Assembly (NCBI RefSeq): GCF_001194135.2
Contig: NC_068989.1
Coordinates: forward strand, 84,781,264-84,835,231
DNA length: 53,968 nucleotides
DNA from: Octopus bimaculoides
Taxonomy: Eukaryota
Reading direction: 5' to 3'
The notes under the pieces are model-generated. The model had not been told where the DNA came from and did not search any database. It was given only the letters and a program-made list of their open reading frames with translations. This document shows positions 11,560 to 24,384 of the stretch, piece after piece (position 1 is the first letter of the stretch; the number at the start of each line of letters is the position of its first letter). The position numbers were made by a program, and so were the translations under genes.

Positions 11560-11660
11560 TTAGTGTTTCTATCATGGACCCCATATTGTTACTGCCTCTA
11601 TCATGGTCCAAGTTGTTATTAGTGCCTCTATCATGGTCCCAATTGTTGTTCTTAGTGATT
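11560..11660. repeat. Three-copy ~31-bp minisatellite
   Basis: ctctatcatggtcc..ttgtta/ttagtgc unit repeated three times. Confidence 0.7.
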
Positions 11661-12419
11661 CTTCTAGCGTGGCCCAATGCTCACAAAAGGCCAAAGGTCA
11701 GTATAGCAAATTGATGAAACACTCTTCTCTTTTATCCTGCTCATCTTCCAGCAGTGAGTGGTTCTACTTTGAAGCACCTAATTACAACAAAGAGGATTGT
11801 GTCATTGTGTCACAAGCCATCAACACAATGTGGACAGTGTATTGTATAACACTAATCTCTCGTTTAATTGTCTCCACTCCCTCATACTATACGAGCTACT
11901 TGACCATCTCTGTTTGAAGATATAAATAAATTAACACTGGACCAAGTGACACTTGTGCTGAAGGACCTCACTATAACAGCACTTCAGTAGCAGAACAGCC
12001 AGGAAAGCACAACCACGAAGCCTTCTCCTGCAAACTGTTTTTATTGGTATCTGTAATGTTTTGATATCAACAACCTACTTGGTGTGGGTTACATCTCTTA
12101 GCCACTTCAGCATCAACAGACACTCAAGCACTTCACTGCAGTGCCCAATTATAACTGAGTGGACTATCTTTTAGTGTGGTAGCTTTTTACATGTAGATGA
12201 GGTAAGCTTTGTTACCTCCTTACAGCTGGGCATCTCGCATCTTGGCATGGTACCTACTTGTAATTAGGGACTACATCTGACTGTAGTTGCACTTGGAGAG
12301 GCAGATGCAAATGACAAGGGAGGTTTTGCTCTTCATCGCAAAAAGCCAGGTATGAGTGGTTAGTATGGCCCAAGGTGGAAGGGCCTATTGTAAGCATGCA
12401 CCTGTAGATTGAAGAACAC

Positions 12420-12471
<52 letters not shown>

Positions 12472-13627
12472 TTATTCTCAATCAATTCTAATTTCACCCC
12501 TCTTTTTTTCCTGCAGTATGTCCTGGAAATGTCACCTTACCTCTGGCCCCTGTAGTATATAAAAGAAATTATTACCACTATTATTTTTATTATAGATTAT
12601 TAAAGATGTAATCATGATAATGATGATGATTTTGTTGCAATAATCATCATTATTTTACATCCATTTTCCATGCTGGCATGAGTTAGGGGAGTTATCATGG
12701 TCCAAGATAATGTTTATTCAGAGTTACTGCACTCCATCATTAGAATGGGGTCAGGGGCCAGATTTCACCATACATCCTTATCGTTGGATGCCCTTCCTAT
12801 TACCAACCTCTGGGGGCATCTTATTGTGGCATGAAATGATGGTTCCTTTTATTGACCACAAGGGCCAAAGATGTTGGGGGAGAGAACAAGGATGAAATGC
12901 CTAAGAGTAAAGGCTTATATCAGGTAAAAAAAAAGGAGATAAAATAACATAAAAAAATAAAAAATAATAAAATGTCAACTAAATTAAGGTTCCAAATTGG
13001 GATAAGCCACCTATGGTAATTTGGTTGGCTGGGGGGCAGGGGGCTCCGATAATGCGCAAAAGCAATGAAGTTGTTTATGATGATGAGGATGATGCTGGTG
13101 GTGGTGGTGGTGGGAGCAAATTGATAGCCAGGGTAGTTTGATATGTAGAGTGGAACAGCGACGGGGGAGGAGGTGGTGGTATTTAAGTGGAGGAAGTGGC
13201 TGGGGGGAGGCATGGAGGTTTCGCTGGTGAATGGATGTAGGGGGAGGGGGGAGGCAGAGGGGGAAAGAGACAGATGTGAAACCTGAACCAATTGAAATAG
13301 ATAAAGAGAATTACTCCCCTCGTTAACTATCTCACTGTGATGGTATTGATTTGATGTAAATTACTGCCTCTCACCACCACCACTGCCTCCTCGCATCTCT
13401 TTCTCAATCTCTCTATATATATAAATACATATATATATATATATATGTATCATCATCATCGTCGTCGTCGTCGTTTAACGTTCGCTTTCCATGCTAGCAT
13501 GGGTTGGACGATTTGACTGAGGACTGGTGTGTATATGTGTGTATATATATATATTTTTTTCTATATATTTTTATCTCTCTGTATATATCTATCTATATAC
13601 CACTCTCTGTGTTTATCTATCTATATA

Positions 13628-13629
<2 letters not shown>

Positions 13630-13662
<33 letters not shown>

Positions 13663-13815
13663 CTCTCTCTCTCTCTCTACCTCTCTCTCTCTCTCNNNNN
13701 NNNNNNNTCTACCTCTCTCTCTACCTCTCTCTCTCTCTCTACCTCTCTCTCTCTCTCTACCTCTCTCTCTCTCTACCTCTCTCTCTACCTCTCTCTCTCT
13801 CTCTCTCTCTCTCTT
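13630..13815. repeat. (CT)n polypyrimidine tract with periodic CTAC interruptions
   Basis: Direct inspection; spans a 12-N gap. Confidence 0.92.
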
Positions 13816-14522
13816 TAACAACTACAACAACAACAATATTCTACCTCACCATGCAACTTCCGTTGGATAGTCAATATTGATTTAGTAATCAGTAATGAAG
13901 TAGTTAAAGAGATAATTAGTGTGTGTGTGTGAACACGCACGTGTGTAGGTATCTGTGTTGGGGGGGGAAGAAGTGTAGCAGAATGTTGATGAGTTGTCTT
14001 TGTGGGTGTCTCTGCGTATGTCACCTAATATTGGCGAGTTGTCTGTAGGTGTATGTATGTATGTATATTTAGATGTTTGTGTGTTGCAGAATATATGTGA
14101 GAAAAAAAATGTCTGTTAGTATAAGTGTGTGAGAGGTAGGGGGTTGTTTAACTCTTGGTTAACTTAAATCAGGCAGATCTATGATCAAAAGCTGTTCCAT
14201 TTGTAATCATTTTTACCTTTTTTCTAGATTAGGGGCTACATTTTCCAGTGTGTCTCTCCCTTTTTTTATACAGTAGGATGATATTTAAGACCTGTTTGGC
14301 TGCTATTTTTAGTAGGCTGAATGACCACATAGCAGTTTCTTTGTCTCTTATATGGGTGTTCTTTAATTCAATTAGTGAGAAATGCGTGTGTGTGCGTGTG
14401 AGATTCAATTTGTCTATATATTTCATCTGATCTTTACAAGATCAGATGTCATTGCATTATAGATACTGTGTGTATATAATACTATAGTAATGATTCTTAT
14501 GTTACACCCATGTGTGTATATA

Positions 14523-14580
14523 TATACGTGGGTTGTCAGATAAATTCATTCTTTTTCCTCTCTCCGACAACCCACATATA
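14523..14580. mobile_element. Ultra-short mariner-like TIR pair
   Basis: tatacgtgggttgtcaga ... tccgacaacccacatata: 18-bp inverted repeat, 2 mismatches, 22-nt spacer; mariner assignment inferred from the TA-TACG.GGGTTG terminus. Confidence 0.55.
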
Positions 14581-15078
14581 TATCCACCCCTGTCTGGAAA
14601 GAGGTAAAATTTATTCAAATTTCAAAAATGATAGACAAAAGTTGTAGAGAAAGAACAGCTACAAAAACCAAAAATAAAAAAAAAAGAAACTGAATATTTT
14701 TCATGTTAATTCAAATAACTTTGGAGAGGATTAAAATAAATGTGTGGGGGGGTGGGCAAACAATTTTTAACTGACAGCCTTAGATATGTATATATTGCGT
14801 GTGAGTGTGTGTGTTTTAGCTGAATACTAAATTACTTGGAAAAGATATCTGCTGTTTCATCTTATGAATCATCAGATTAAAAGAGAAAAGAAAGCAAAAA
14901 TTCTGAACATAGAACTGGATGAATATATTAGATCACGTAGGTATAAATTCACCATGTCTGAGTAACAGACAGAAAGCTCGTGGCTGGAGCATCATAGGTC
15001 TACTGGATCAGGACTGACCTGGTGCTAAACAACTACTATAAGGAGAAATACATTAGATCATGCAGTTTTAGGTTCGTT

Positions 15079-15398
15079 ACTGGCATTCCATCCGTTATGA
15101 CTACAGGCGTTCCAGTTGGTCTGATCAACAGGACAGCCGGCTTGTGAAATTAACTTGGAAGTGGCTGAACACTCCACAGATATGTGTACCCTTAATGTAG
15201 TTCTCAAGGAGATTCAGCATGACACAGAGTGTGAGAAGGGTGGTCCCTTTGAAATACAGGTACAACTCATTTTTGCCAGCTGAGTGGAGTGGAGCAACGT
15301 GAAATAAAGTGTCTTGCTCAAGGACACAATGTATCACTAGGAACCAAACTCGTGCCCTTATAATCGTAGCCAGATGCCCTATCCACTGAGCCATGTAC
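15079..15398 (-). mobile_element. tRNA-derived SINE family D
   Basis: Reverse complement has A-box tggctcagtgg, the cttgagcaagacact body and the shared tail ending ggaatgccagt. Confidence 0.78.
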
Positions 15399-16137
15399 CT
15401 TTAGGTACATTATGTCTGAATAATAGGCAAAATTCTCATGGCTGGAGTGCTTTTGATCATGGGTGTACTGGAACTGGACTGACCTAGGGCTAAATAACAT
15501 GATGACTAACATCAGATGAAGAATCCACACTGTGTCGCCATGGAAAAACAGATGGCAAAACAGTAACAAGGAAGAAGATTATTATTGTTATGATAACATT
15601 ATGGAACGTCCTGATGATGACATCATAGGACACCCTCATGATGACATAGAACAAATGCCCTGCCATTTTGTGCCAAATTTCATCCCACCTCATTATAAAA
15701 TATTCTAACCGTCATAGCTCTTTTAGTTCTAATTATTTTCTTTTTTAATGAAATGATGGAGGTGGAAAGAGATACTGTCAATATTAGGATATGGCGTAGG
15801 GGGGGAGCATCACACATTACTGGGGGATGGGGTCAGAGTGATTATTGATAATGCTTAGATAGAAAAAAGAAGATGCTTTTATCTTTGCTGGGGTGGATAA
15901 AAGGTATCATTAGCAATGATGGGCTGGAGTAGATTGCAACTGTCAATCATTGTGGGGAGGGGGGTGTCATCTTTATCTTTTTTTATTGAATATAACTATA
16001 AATAGTAACCTTATAATGTTCGATCATCTAAGAGAAATCTAATAAAATAGTCTGTTCTAATGCAGTTATCCTCAACTGGGGACACATATGACCCTTGGGG
16101 GTCCATATAGCATTTTGTTGTCAAAATTTATATGCAA

Positions 16138-16259
16138 TGGCTGTGTGGTAAGAAGCTTGCTTCCCAACCATATGATTCTGGGTTCAGTCCTACTATAACC
16201 TTGGACCAACCAAAGCCTTGTGAGTAGATTTGGTTGACAGAAACTGAAAGAAGCCCGTC

Positions 16260-16260
<1 letters not shown>
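16138..16260 (+). mobile_element. SINE family A 5' part with internal deletion
   Basis: tggctgtgtggtaagaagcttgcttcccaacc...gacagaaactgaaagaagcccgtcg, then runs into (TA)n and a gap. Confidence 0.72.
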
Positions 16261-16295
<35 letters not shown>

Positions 16296-16972
16296 NNNNN
16301 NNNNNNNNNNNNNNNNNNNNNNNNNNNNNNNNNNNNNNNNNNNNNNNNNNNNNNNNNNNNNNNNNNNNNNNNNNNNNNNNNNNNNNNNNNNNNNNNNNNN
16401 NNNNNNNNNNNNNNNNNNNNNNNNNNNNNNNNNNNNNNNNNNNNNNNNNNNNNNNNNNNNNNNNNNNNNNNNNNNNNNNNNNNNNNNNNNNNNNNNNNNN
16501 NNNNNNNNNNNNNNNNNNNNNNNNNNNNNNNNNNNNNNNNNNNNNNNNNNNNNNNNNNNNNNNNNNNNNNNNNNNNNNNNNNNNNNNNNNNNNNNNNNNN
16601 NNNNNNNNNNNNNNNNNNNNNNNNNNNNNNNNNNNNNNNNNNNNNNNNNNNNNNNNNNNNNNNNNNNNNNNNNNNNNNNNNNNNNNNNNNNNNNNNNNNN
16701 NNNNNNNNNNNNNNNNNNNNNNNNNNNNNNNNNNNNNNNNNNNNNNNNNNNNNNNNNNNNNNNNNNNNNNNNNNNNNNNNNNNNNNNNNNNNNNNNNNNN
16801 NNNNNNNNNNNNNNNNNNNNNNNNNNNNNNNNNNNNNNNNNNNNNNNNNNNNNNNNNNNNNNNNNNNNNNNNNNNNNNNNNNNNNNNNNNNNNNNNNNNN
16901 NNNNNNNNNNNNNNNNNNNNNNNNNNNNNNNNNNNNNNNNNNNNNNNNNNNNNNNNNNNNNNNNTAATTATA

Positions 16973-17395
16973 AAGGCAGCGAGCTGGCAGAAACATTAGA
17001 ATGCTTAGCGGTATTTAGTCTGTCTTTATGTTCTGAGTTCAAATTCTGCTGAGGTCAACTTTGCCTTTCATCCTTTCGGGGTCGATAAATTAAGTACCAG
17101 TTACGCACTGGGGTCGATGTAATTGACTTAATCCCTTTGTCTATCCTTGTTTGTTCCCTCTATGTTTAGCCGCTTGTGGGCAATAAAGAAATAAGAAACA
17201 TTAGGATACTGGGCGAAATGCTTAGCGGTATTTCGTCTGCCTTTATGTTCTGAGTTCAAATTCTGCTGAGGTCAACTTTGCCTTTCATCCTTTCGGGATC
17301 GATAAATTAAGTACCAGTTGTATACTGGAGTCGATCTAATTGACTGGCCCCTTCCCCCAAAATTTGGGGCCTTGTGTCTAGAGTAGAAAAGAATA
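16973..17395 (+). mobile_element. Dimeric SINE family B
   Basis: Two tandem units, each with gagttcaaattc B-box-like and gcctttcatcctttcggggtcgataaattaagtacc; same junction as 34566-35002. Confidence 0.82.
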
Positions 17396-17613
17396 TTTAA
17401 TTACAAAAATATAATGGGATGTTTCTTGAATATCAAATGACTATGAGTGTCCAAAAAGTAAAATCGGAAAGAAACAGATCCAGAGGTAAAAAAATGACTG
17501 AAAACCACAGTACTAATGGAAGAGTTTCATTTCATTACCTACTGATAGGAGATCTGTTCGAATCTGCTGTAGGAATTCGTTTCTGTTCCTGATCAATAAG
17601 CTCAATTCACCTG

Positions 17614-17809
17614 TTTAGAAATAATACATTTCTAAATCTCTCAGAGAGATTTATGCAGTAGTGATACGATGAAGTAGTTGTATGCTGTCAACTTAATGTG
17701 ACAGTCCCCTGAAGGGAATAATACTACTGTTGGTTAGACCTAGGAAGCTGCACTGCTTCCTGTCGGCCTTGACACATTTCCTGTGTCCTTATGTTTACAA
17801 GGGGGAGAC
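17614..17809. repeat. ~200-bp multi-hairpin interspersed repeat, copy 1
   Basis: Near-identical to 37900-38101 in the same orientation, with sharp shared boundaries. Confidence 0.88.
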
Positions 17810-18349
17810 AAGCACCTCCAGTTAACCCTGCTGATAAAAACCATCCATAATAGTTTAAAACCTGAGCATTCAGATTACTCTGTCAAGTGTAAGACTTGTT
17901 TATCTCTCAGCCTTGGGGTTTCAATAATGGATCCAGAGGAATTCTCTCTGATTCTTTAATAACTCTGTGTCAAATTAAATCTACAATCCAAGAACAGAAA
18001 CTGACAATGAGCTTCCTTCCGCAAGGTCTGTCAACTCAGTCCCCCACTCACAGGCTTTTGATTAACTCAGAGCTGTAGTGGAAACACTTGTTTAAGGTGC
18101 CACAGAATGCAAAGAGCTAGTATGTATACCATGAAGCATCCAGTCTAACATTCTTACTGTTCTGCCAATCCATCACCCAGGGTTGGCACTTATTCTGTCA
18201 ACCCTGAAAGAATGAAAGGCAAAGTTGACTTTGACAGCATTTGAACTCAGAACACTGGGAGCAAATGCTGCAAGGAATTCTATTTGACACTTTACTGACT
18301 CAACCAACCCACTGCCTTTAAGCACCATGGAGATTGATAACATATTACA

Positions 18350-18500
18350 TGTATGGGTGTGCGGTTAAGAGGTTTCCCTCGCAACTGCATGGGTTCAGTT
18401 TCACTCCCACTGCGTGGCACCTTGGGCAAGTGTCTTCTGCACTAGCCCCAAGTCAACCAATGTCTTGTGAGTGAATTTGGTTGGCTGAACCCTATGCACG
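18350..18500 (+). mobile_element. SINE family A 5' part, degenerate
   Basis: cccactgcgtggcaccttgggcaagtgtcttct match. Confidence 0.65.
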
Positions 18501-19520
18501 TGTGCGTGTGTGTGTGTGTGTGTTTGAATGTTTACATTCTGTTGTTTGTATGAAAAAGTATTTGGCTACAAAGGAATGAAAAACAGTAATCCCTTACTTG
18601 AAACTGGAAAGCAGGAAGGGTTAGTGACAGGAAGAGCATCCCATTGTAAACGCTGCCCCATTAATATACATTTCTCTAATCCATGCTTGCATGGAAAAAC
18701 AAATGCAAAATGAGTGAATGGAATGTGTGTGCGTGTGTGTGTACATGTGTGTGTGCGTGTGTGTATGTGTGTGTGTGTGTGTACATGTGTGTGTGTGTGT
18801 ATCATCGTCGTTGTCATTTAATGTCCACCTTCGATGCTAGCATGGATTGGACAGTTGGACAAGCTACTGTCTGTTTTGGCATGTATATATGTATATATAA
18901 ATAGGTGTTCTTTGTAACTTAATACTATAAAGTGTTACCTGATAATCTAAACGCAACTGGATCTACAGCTATTGTAGTGCTCAAAACAGCCATTATGGTG
19001 AAACATGTGTAGGAACTATGATATAAACCTGTGTTTGTCCTTATCTCTCCTGTTTGTATAAATTTATTTATTTATTTATTCATTTATTTATACATATGCC
19101 AGTCGTATAATGAAATACACTCAATCTATGTCAAGATACAGTAACACCAGACAGACACAAGCATAGAAAAACAGATATAAAATTTTATATTTATAGACAC
19201 ACACACACACACACACACACACCTTCTCTCTCCCCCTCTTTCTCTCTCATACACACACACACCTTCTCTCTCCTTCTCCTCTCTCCCTCTCTCTCTCTCT
19301 CTCTCTCATACTCTCTCTGTTCCTTCATTTCTACTCAAAAGAGATTTCAGTTGTCTAAGGAAGATTTATCCAAATGTATCCATTCTTGAGTTCTTCTCTT
19401 TTCACTTCCTTCACTTCTTTTTGTTTTATTGTTTGTCTAAATTATTGTTGTTGTTATTGCTAATTACCTGACAGTTCTAATGTTCTTTTATGTTAGTTTT
19501 CTCTCTTTCTCTCCCTCCCT

Positions 19521-19551
<31 letters not shown>

Positions 19552-21192
19552 GATTACCTTAATTAACAATTTGACTTCAATTTCTTATGATTAGGTGGTA
19601 TTTTTAAGGTAATGTACCAGCGTCTGTGTGTTGGTAAGAAGTGACGGATCTAGGTGGGTGCCTGTGACATCATCCTGACACTAATGATAATCATTGAAAT
19701 TCTTGTATCACCTCCTTCCCTTTCTCTCTCTCTCTCCCCCATCTCCCCATGACCCCTCCCCCATCCTCTTCACTACTTTAGTCTGTAAATATGTGTATGT
19801 ACATGTGTTTTGTATCTATAAGGTTTCTGTGTGTGTGTGTTTGTGTGTGATACTTGCATGTGTGTGTTTGTAATATGAGATGCAGTGTGTGTATGTGTGT
19901 ATACGTCATATCCATATGTTGGCTATGTGTGTGTGTGTGTGTGTGTGTGTTATACAAGTTCGAAATGTGTGTATTTATGATGTAACAGATGCACATGTGA
20001 TATGCATGTCTGTGTGTGTTAATTAGCTTTGTATATATTTCTATGTGATATGTTACAGTGTACCTGTGATGTGTGATGTGGTGTATAATAATGTAACTGT
20101 GTGTGTATGTGTGTGTATGTCTGTCTGTCTGTCTGTGACAAGGAATGAATGATGCTATATCCATGCATATACATGTGTATTTCTATGTGATGTGGTACAT
20201 GTGATTCTCTACCATTTCCTCTTTATGTATATATATATATATGTATGTTTTTTTTTTATGATTATTTAAAATCTTTCATCTTTGCATAAGAAAGAAGCTG
20301 GTTGCTAACAAAAAATCAAAATTCTATGGCTGAAATTTAGATAACAACAACTGCATAGAGTTACATGTCGCATTTAAGAAAGTCTTGTATATTTTTACTG
20401 TTCCACTTACATACTGAACTTTCAGATTACATATTAAATAGTCTCTTTCTTTGCCTGAAAAAAACTACTTTTTCCAGACTATTCTTTAAACACTTTGTAG
20501 TAGAACTGCATGATCTAATGAGTATAAGGACTCATGTATGTATACATGCTTAAACAGTGTTGCGTGTGTGTATAATGCTGTACAAGTATGTAAATTATTT
20601 GTGTGATATGCTCAAGTATGTATGATGATGAACCTGTGTGTATATAATGTGATCACTTCAACATCTGCCATATGGCACACCATGCATCTGTACAGGCAAT
20701 GTCGATTTGATGAAAGGAGTGAGCTATTGTGCAGGTTTATTCAACAAGAAATTGCAGAACCATCTTTCTCAGACTTGTGAGACTACAAACATGTGGTCAA
20801 ACGAAAGAGAATAAAGTACTTAACACATTTTCTAGGAGTTACATGTATTATTTAAAACAGCTTGATTTGGTTCCAAGCGGCATCAAGTTTCACGGGCCTC
20901 ATTTCATATACACAGTATATTATTATCGTTTAAAACAGTCTGATTTAGCTCTAAGTTCTGCGGGCCTCTGACAAAAGCCTGTCTCTTTTAGGCTTAAATT
21001 TCCAAATGGAGAAACACAAGAAACCCAAGACCACTGCCTGCCTTAACCAATAGCAGTCTGTTTTCTGGTAGCCATCTTAGACTTCCTGTGTTTCTCTATT
21101 CAGAAATCTAAGCTTGAGAGAGACAAGCTTCTGTTTGAGGCCTGCAAAACTTTAAGTTGCATGGAGCTGTTCATCACGTCAGGGTCACCACT

Positions 21193-21546
21193 TGTAGGTA
21201 ATGTGATGGGCACTCGCTGGGTACTTCACATTTCCTTACAATGTTCATGGAAAGAAGACACGAGGACAAGATCTCTCTAAACAAATAACAAAGAGTATTT
21301 TATTTGGGCTGCATGTACATCTCATCTCTGTTGGAGCTGGTCACAGTTGCGTCCTGCCTGGTCAACAGCCGGGCCCGAAAAAAAAAGGGTGAATGATGGT
21401 CAAGCCTAAAAGCTGATGATGATTGCGCATGCGCCTCACAGGACTTCCGGCCAGCAAGTCCCCCACACATGCGCAATGGCACTTCCCAAAATGGCGGCCA
21501 ATCCGCGCCGTTACTACAATGGCGAGTGCACATCACATTACCTACA
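21193..21546. mobile_element. 354-bp element bounded by 25-bp inverted repeats, superfamily unassigned
   Basis: TGTAGGTAATGTGATGGGCACTCGC (21193-21217) and GCGAGTGCACATCACATTACCTACA (21522-21546), 1 mismatch; no clear TSD other than a possible TA. Confidence 0.65.
21424..21524. promoter_or_regulatory. CpG-rich housekeeping-promoter-like motif cluster
   Basis: NRF1-type TGCGCATGCGC 21424-21434; ETS ACTTCCGG 21443-21450; partial NRF1 ACATGCGCA 21467-21475; YY1 AAAATGGCGGC 21488-21498; CCAAT 21498-21502; partial ACTACAA 21513-21519. Function untested. Confidence 0.55.
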
Positions 21547-22273
21547 GAGCCAAACAAATTGTTTTAAATGATAATAATATATTGTATATATATATAAAAT
21601 GAAATGTTGTGTGTGTGTGTGTATGTGTGTATGTGATTCTGTAGTTGTATGTATATTCTTTTATTCTTTTACTGGTTTCAGCCAGCGGCTGGAGTCATGC
21701 TGGAGCACTGCCTTTTATATTTATATATATATGTAAGTGATGCAATGTGTGTGTGACACTGTAGCTGTATGTATGTCTGTATGTCTCTGTGATATGACGC
21801 TGTGTATGGTGCTATAGCCCTATGTATATATGTCTCTCTCTAAGACATGGGGCGTGCGTGTCGCTGTAGCTATGATGCTGATAACACTGTTGTTTTGTAG
21901 GCCCATGCAAGAGTTTTGGCCCGTTTATGCACAGTTCAAGATGAACTCTATCGGAATGGTCAAGTTTCACCTGTGAGTTGCTAACATATTAAACTGTGCA
22001 TGCTCTCTCTCTCCCTCTCTCTCTCTCTCTCCTGACTGCATGTTGCCCCCACCCTTGCATGCTGCACTCTGCTGCTGTTTTACTCATTCTGAATCTCTGA
22101 TTTTTTAAAAAAATTCTGTATTATTTGTATTTTGCTTTTGTTTTTAAATTTTCATCTTTCACGTATGTAGGTATGTGTTCATATAAATATATATATACAT
22201 ACATACATNNNNNNNNNNNNNNNNNNNNNNNNNNNNNNNNNNNNNNNNNNNNNNNNNNNNNNNNNNNNNNNTG

Positions 22274-22308
<35 letters not shown>

Positions 22309-22433
22309 GTATATATAAATGTATATAAATATACACACCCGCACACATATACATGCATGTTGCATGCTCTGTTGTTTTGACATTTGTAATTATCAGTGCT
22401 GCATAATTATACAATTTAATCTATCATTTCGTA

Positions 22434-22465
<32 letters not shown>

Positions 22466-23186
22466 CAGAGAGATAGACATAGATATAAATGTGTATGTAT
22501 ACGCAATCATGTATATGTACGTAAATTATGCACACATGCACGTAGTAGCATATGTAGCAGTATGATGTATAATATATATTAGTAAAATTTTGTTCCCCGA
22601 GTGTTTAATGTTAGTGTGACATGAAGAGAATTTTAATTATTTATCCATGAGCAACCAGGGTGGGGGCGAAGAGCAGTAATAAGTTTGTGTGAAAGATAGT
22701 TTAATTCAACAAATTTCTGCTGCAACGATCACCAGTGTTTCCTGATATATTATGTGTTGTTGTGTTCTTTAACCCTGGGTTAGCCGTCACTGAGCACACC
22801 TCTAGTGTTATGTGGTATGGACAATATTATTAATTTTATCAATGTATTGTTGTGTGTTATGTATTTATATTGTTATTTTATTATTGTCTATATGTTGTCT
22901 ACTGGTGTGTGTATGTGTGTTTATATATATATATACATATATGTTTATATATCAATTTTGTGTATATAGATATTGTTTTCATTACTTTACTTATTTATAC
23001 TGATGTGGTAAGTATCTTTATATATGTATAGCAAATGATATATTTCACAATGTGGGTATGTGATATTTTGGCATGCAACTATTGTATACTATAAAATATA
23101 CTCAACGTTTATCATAAGTCTACTGTGTTCGCAGTGTGCTTTTACATTACTTGCTAAGGTTATCTCTACAGATATTCTACAGAAAT

Positions 23187-23558
23187 AGGCGCAGGAGTGG
23201 CTGTGTGGTAAGTAGCTTGCTTACCAACCACATGGTTCTGAGTTCAGTCCCACTGGCACCTTGGGCAAGTGTCTTCTACTATAGCCTCGGGCCAACCAAA
23301 GCCTTGTGAGTGGATTTGCTAGACAGAAACTGAAAGAAGCCCATCATATATATTTGTGTGTCTGTGTTTGTCCTCCCAGCATCGCTTGACAACCGATGTT
23401 GGTGTGCTTACGTCCCCGTAACTTAGCGGTTCGGTAAGAGAGACCGATAGAATAAGTACTAGGCAGCCAAAGAATAAGTCCTGGGGTCAATCTACTCGAT
23501 TAAAGGCGGTGCTCCAGCATGGCTGCAATCAAGTGACTGAAACAAGTAAAAGAGTAAA
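23187..23558 (+). mobile_element. tRNA-derived SINE family A, near full length
   Basis: tggctgtgtgg A-box, gttcagtccc B-box-like, ggcaccttgggcaagtgtc body, internal (TA/TG)n, tail ...gactgaaacaagtaaaagagtaaa. Confidence 0.85.
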
Positions 23559-23659
23559 CTATACACCAAAAATCAGTGCTGGTTAGACTTTCTATATCTG
23601 TAGAGATAAACCTTAACATTTCACAGTGTGTATATCAGAACTATATATTTTTCAGTGTA

Positions 23660-23990
23660 CACATCGCTCAGTGGTTAGAGCTTCGGGCTCACAATCATGA
23701 GATAGTGAGTTCGATTCCCAAGCCAGACTCTGTGTTGTGTTGTGTTGTGTTGTGTTCTTGAGCAAGACACTTCATTTCATGTTGCTCCAGTTCACCCAGC
23801 TGTAGAAATGAGTTGCGATGTCACCGATGCTCCTTTGCCTCCAGCGTGGATGACATTGGTGGCGTGAAGAGGGGTATGCATGGGTGTCTGCTGGTCTTCC
23901 ATAAACAGCCTTGCCCTGACTTGCACCTCGGAGGGGAACTTTCTAGATGCAATCTCATGACTGAAGGAGGTCTTTTTTTTTTACCCTTTA
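23660..23990 (+). mobile_element. tRNA-derived SINE: D/E-type head with a different tail
   Basis: gctcagtggttagag A-box, gagttcgattccc B-box, ttcttgagcaagacacttcatttca body; 3' part unrelated to the family D and E tails. Confidence 0.72.
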
Positions 23991-24333
23991 TCAGAACTAT
24001 TATATATATATATATATCACACACACACACACATACGTAAGTGATCAGGTGAAAGGAAGTATCTCTCAGTGTAGTCAAGTTTCATAGGTGCAGAACATGT
24101 CTACATCCTCGGATGCACATATTAGTGTTTGTGCAAATCATAATTGTTTTTTTTTCCTGCTTTTATAAATGCAGTAAATTACACAAATGCAGTAAATCCT
24201 CTGAAGACTTAAGGACAAAGTGTAGAGAAAAATGTTTATTGTGGCTGAAAATGTCTCTATAGTATATTTACTTTGTATTTCATATTAGGAGTCTGCAGAA
24301 TCTATGAAGGATCTTGAAAAACATTTGTTTGTT

Positions 24334-24384
<51 letters not shown>

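Noticed and set aside
11700-12420. Possible decayed RTE 5' UTR/endonuclease (and any HDV-like or twister ribozyme there or at 45050-45270)
   Set aside because: Similarity too weak to assign, and no ribozyme fold could be built by hand.
15525-15710. Acidic coding-like stretch (EEDYYCYDNIMERPDDDII) as an upstream MRL exon
   Set aside because: Bounded by stops, with no convincing splice sites and no MRL similarity.
21391-21420. C/D snoRNA-like atgatg...ctga
   Set aside because: Too short, no terminal stem, and part of an (ATG)n run inside the TIR element.
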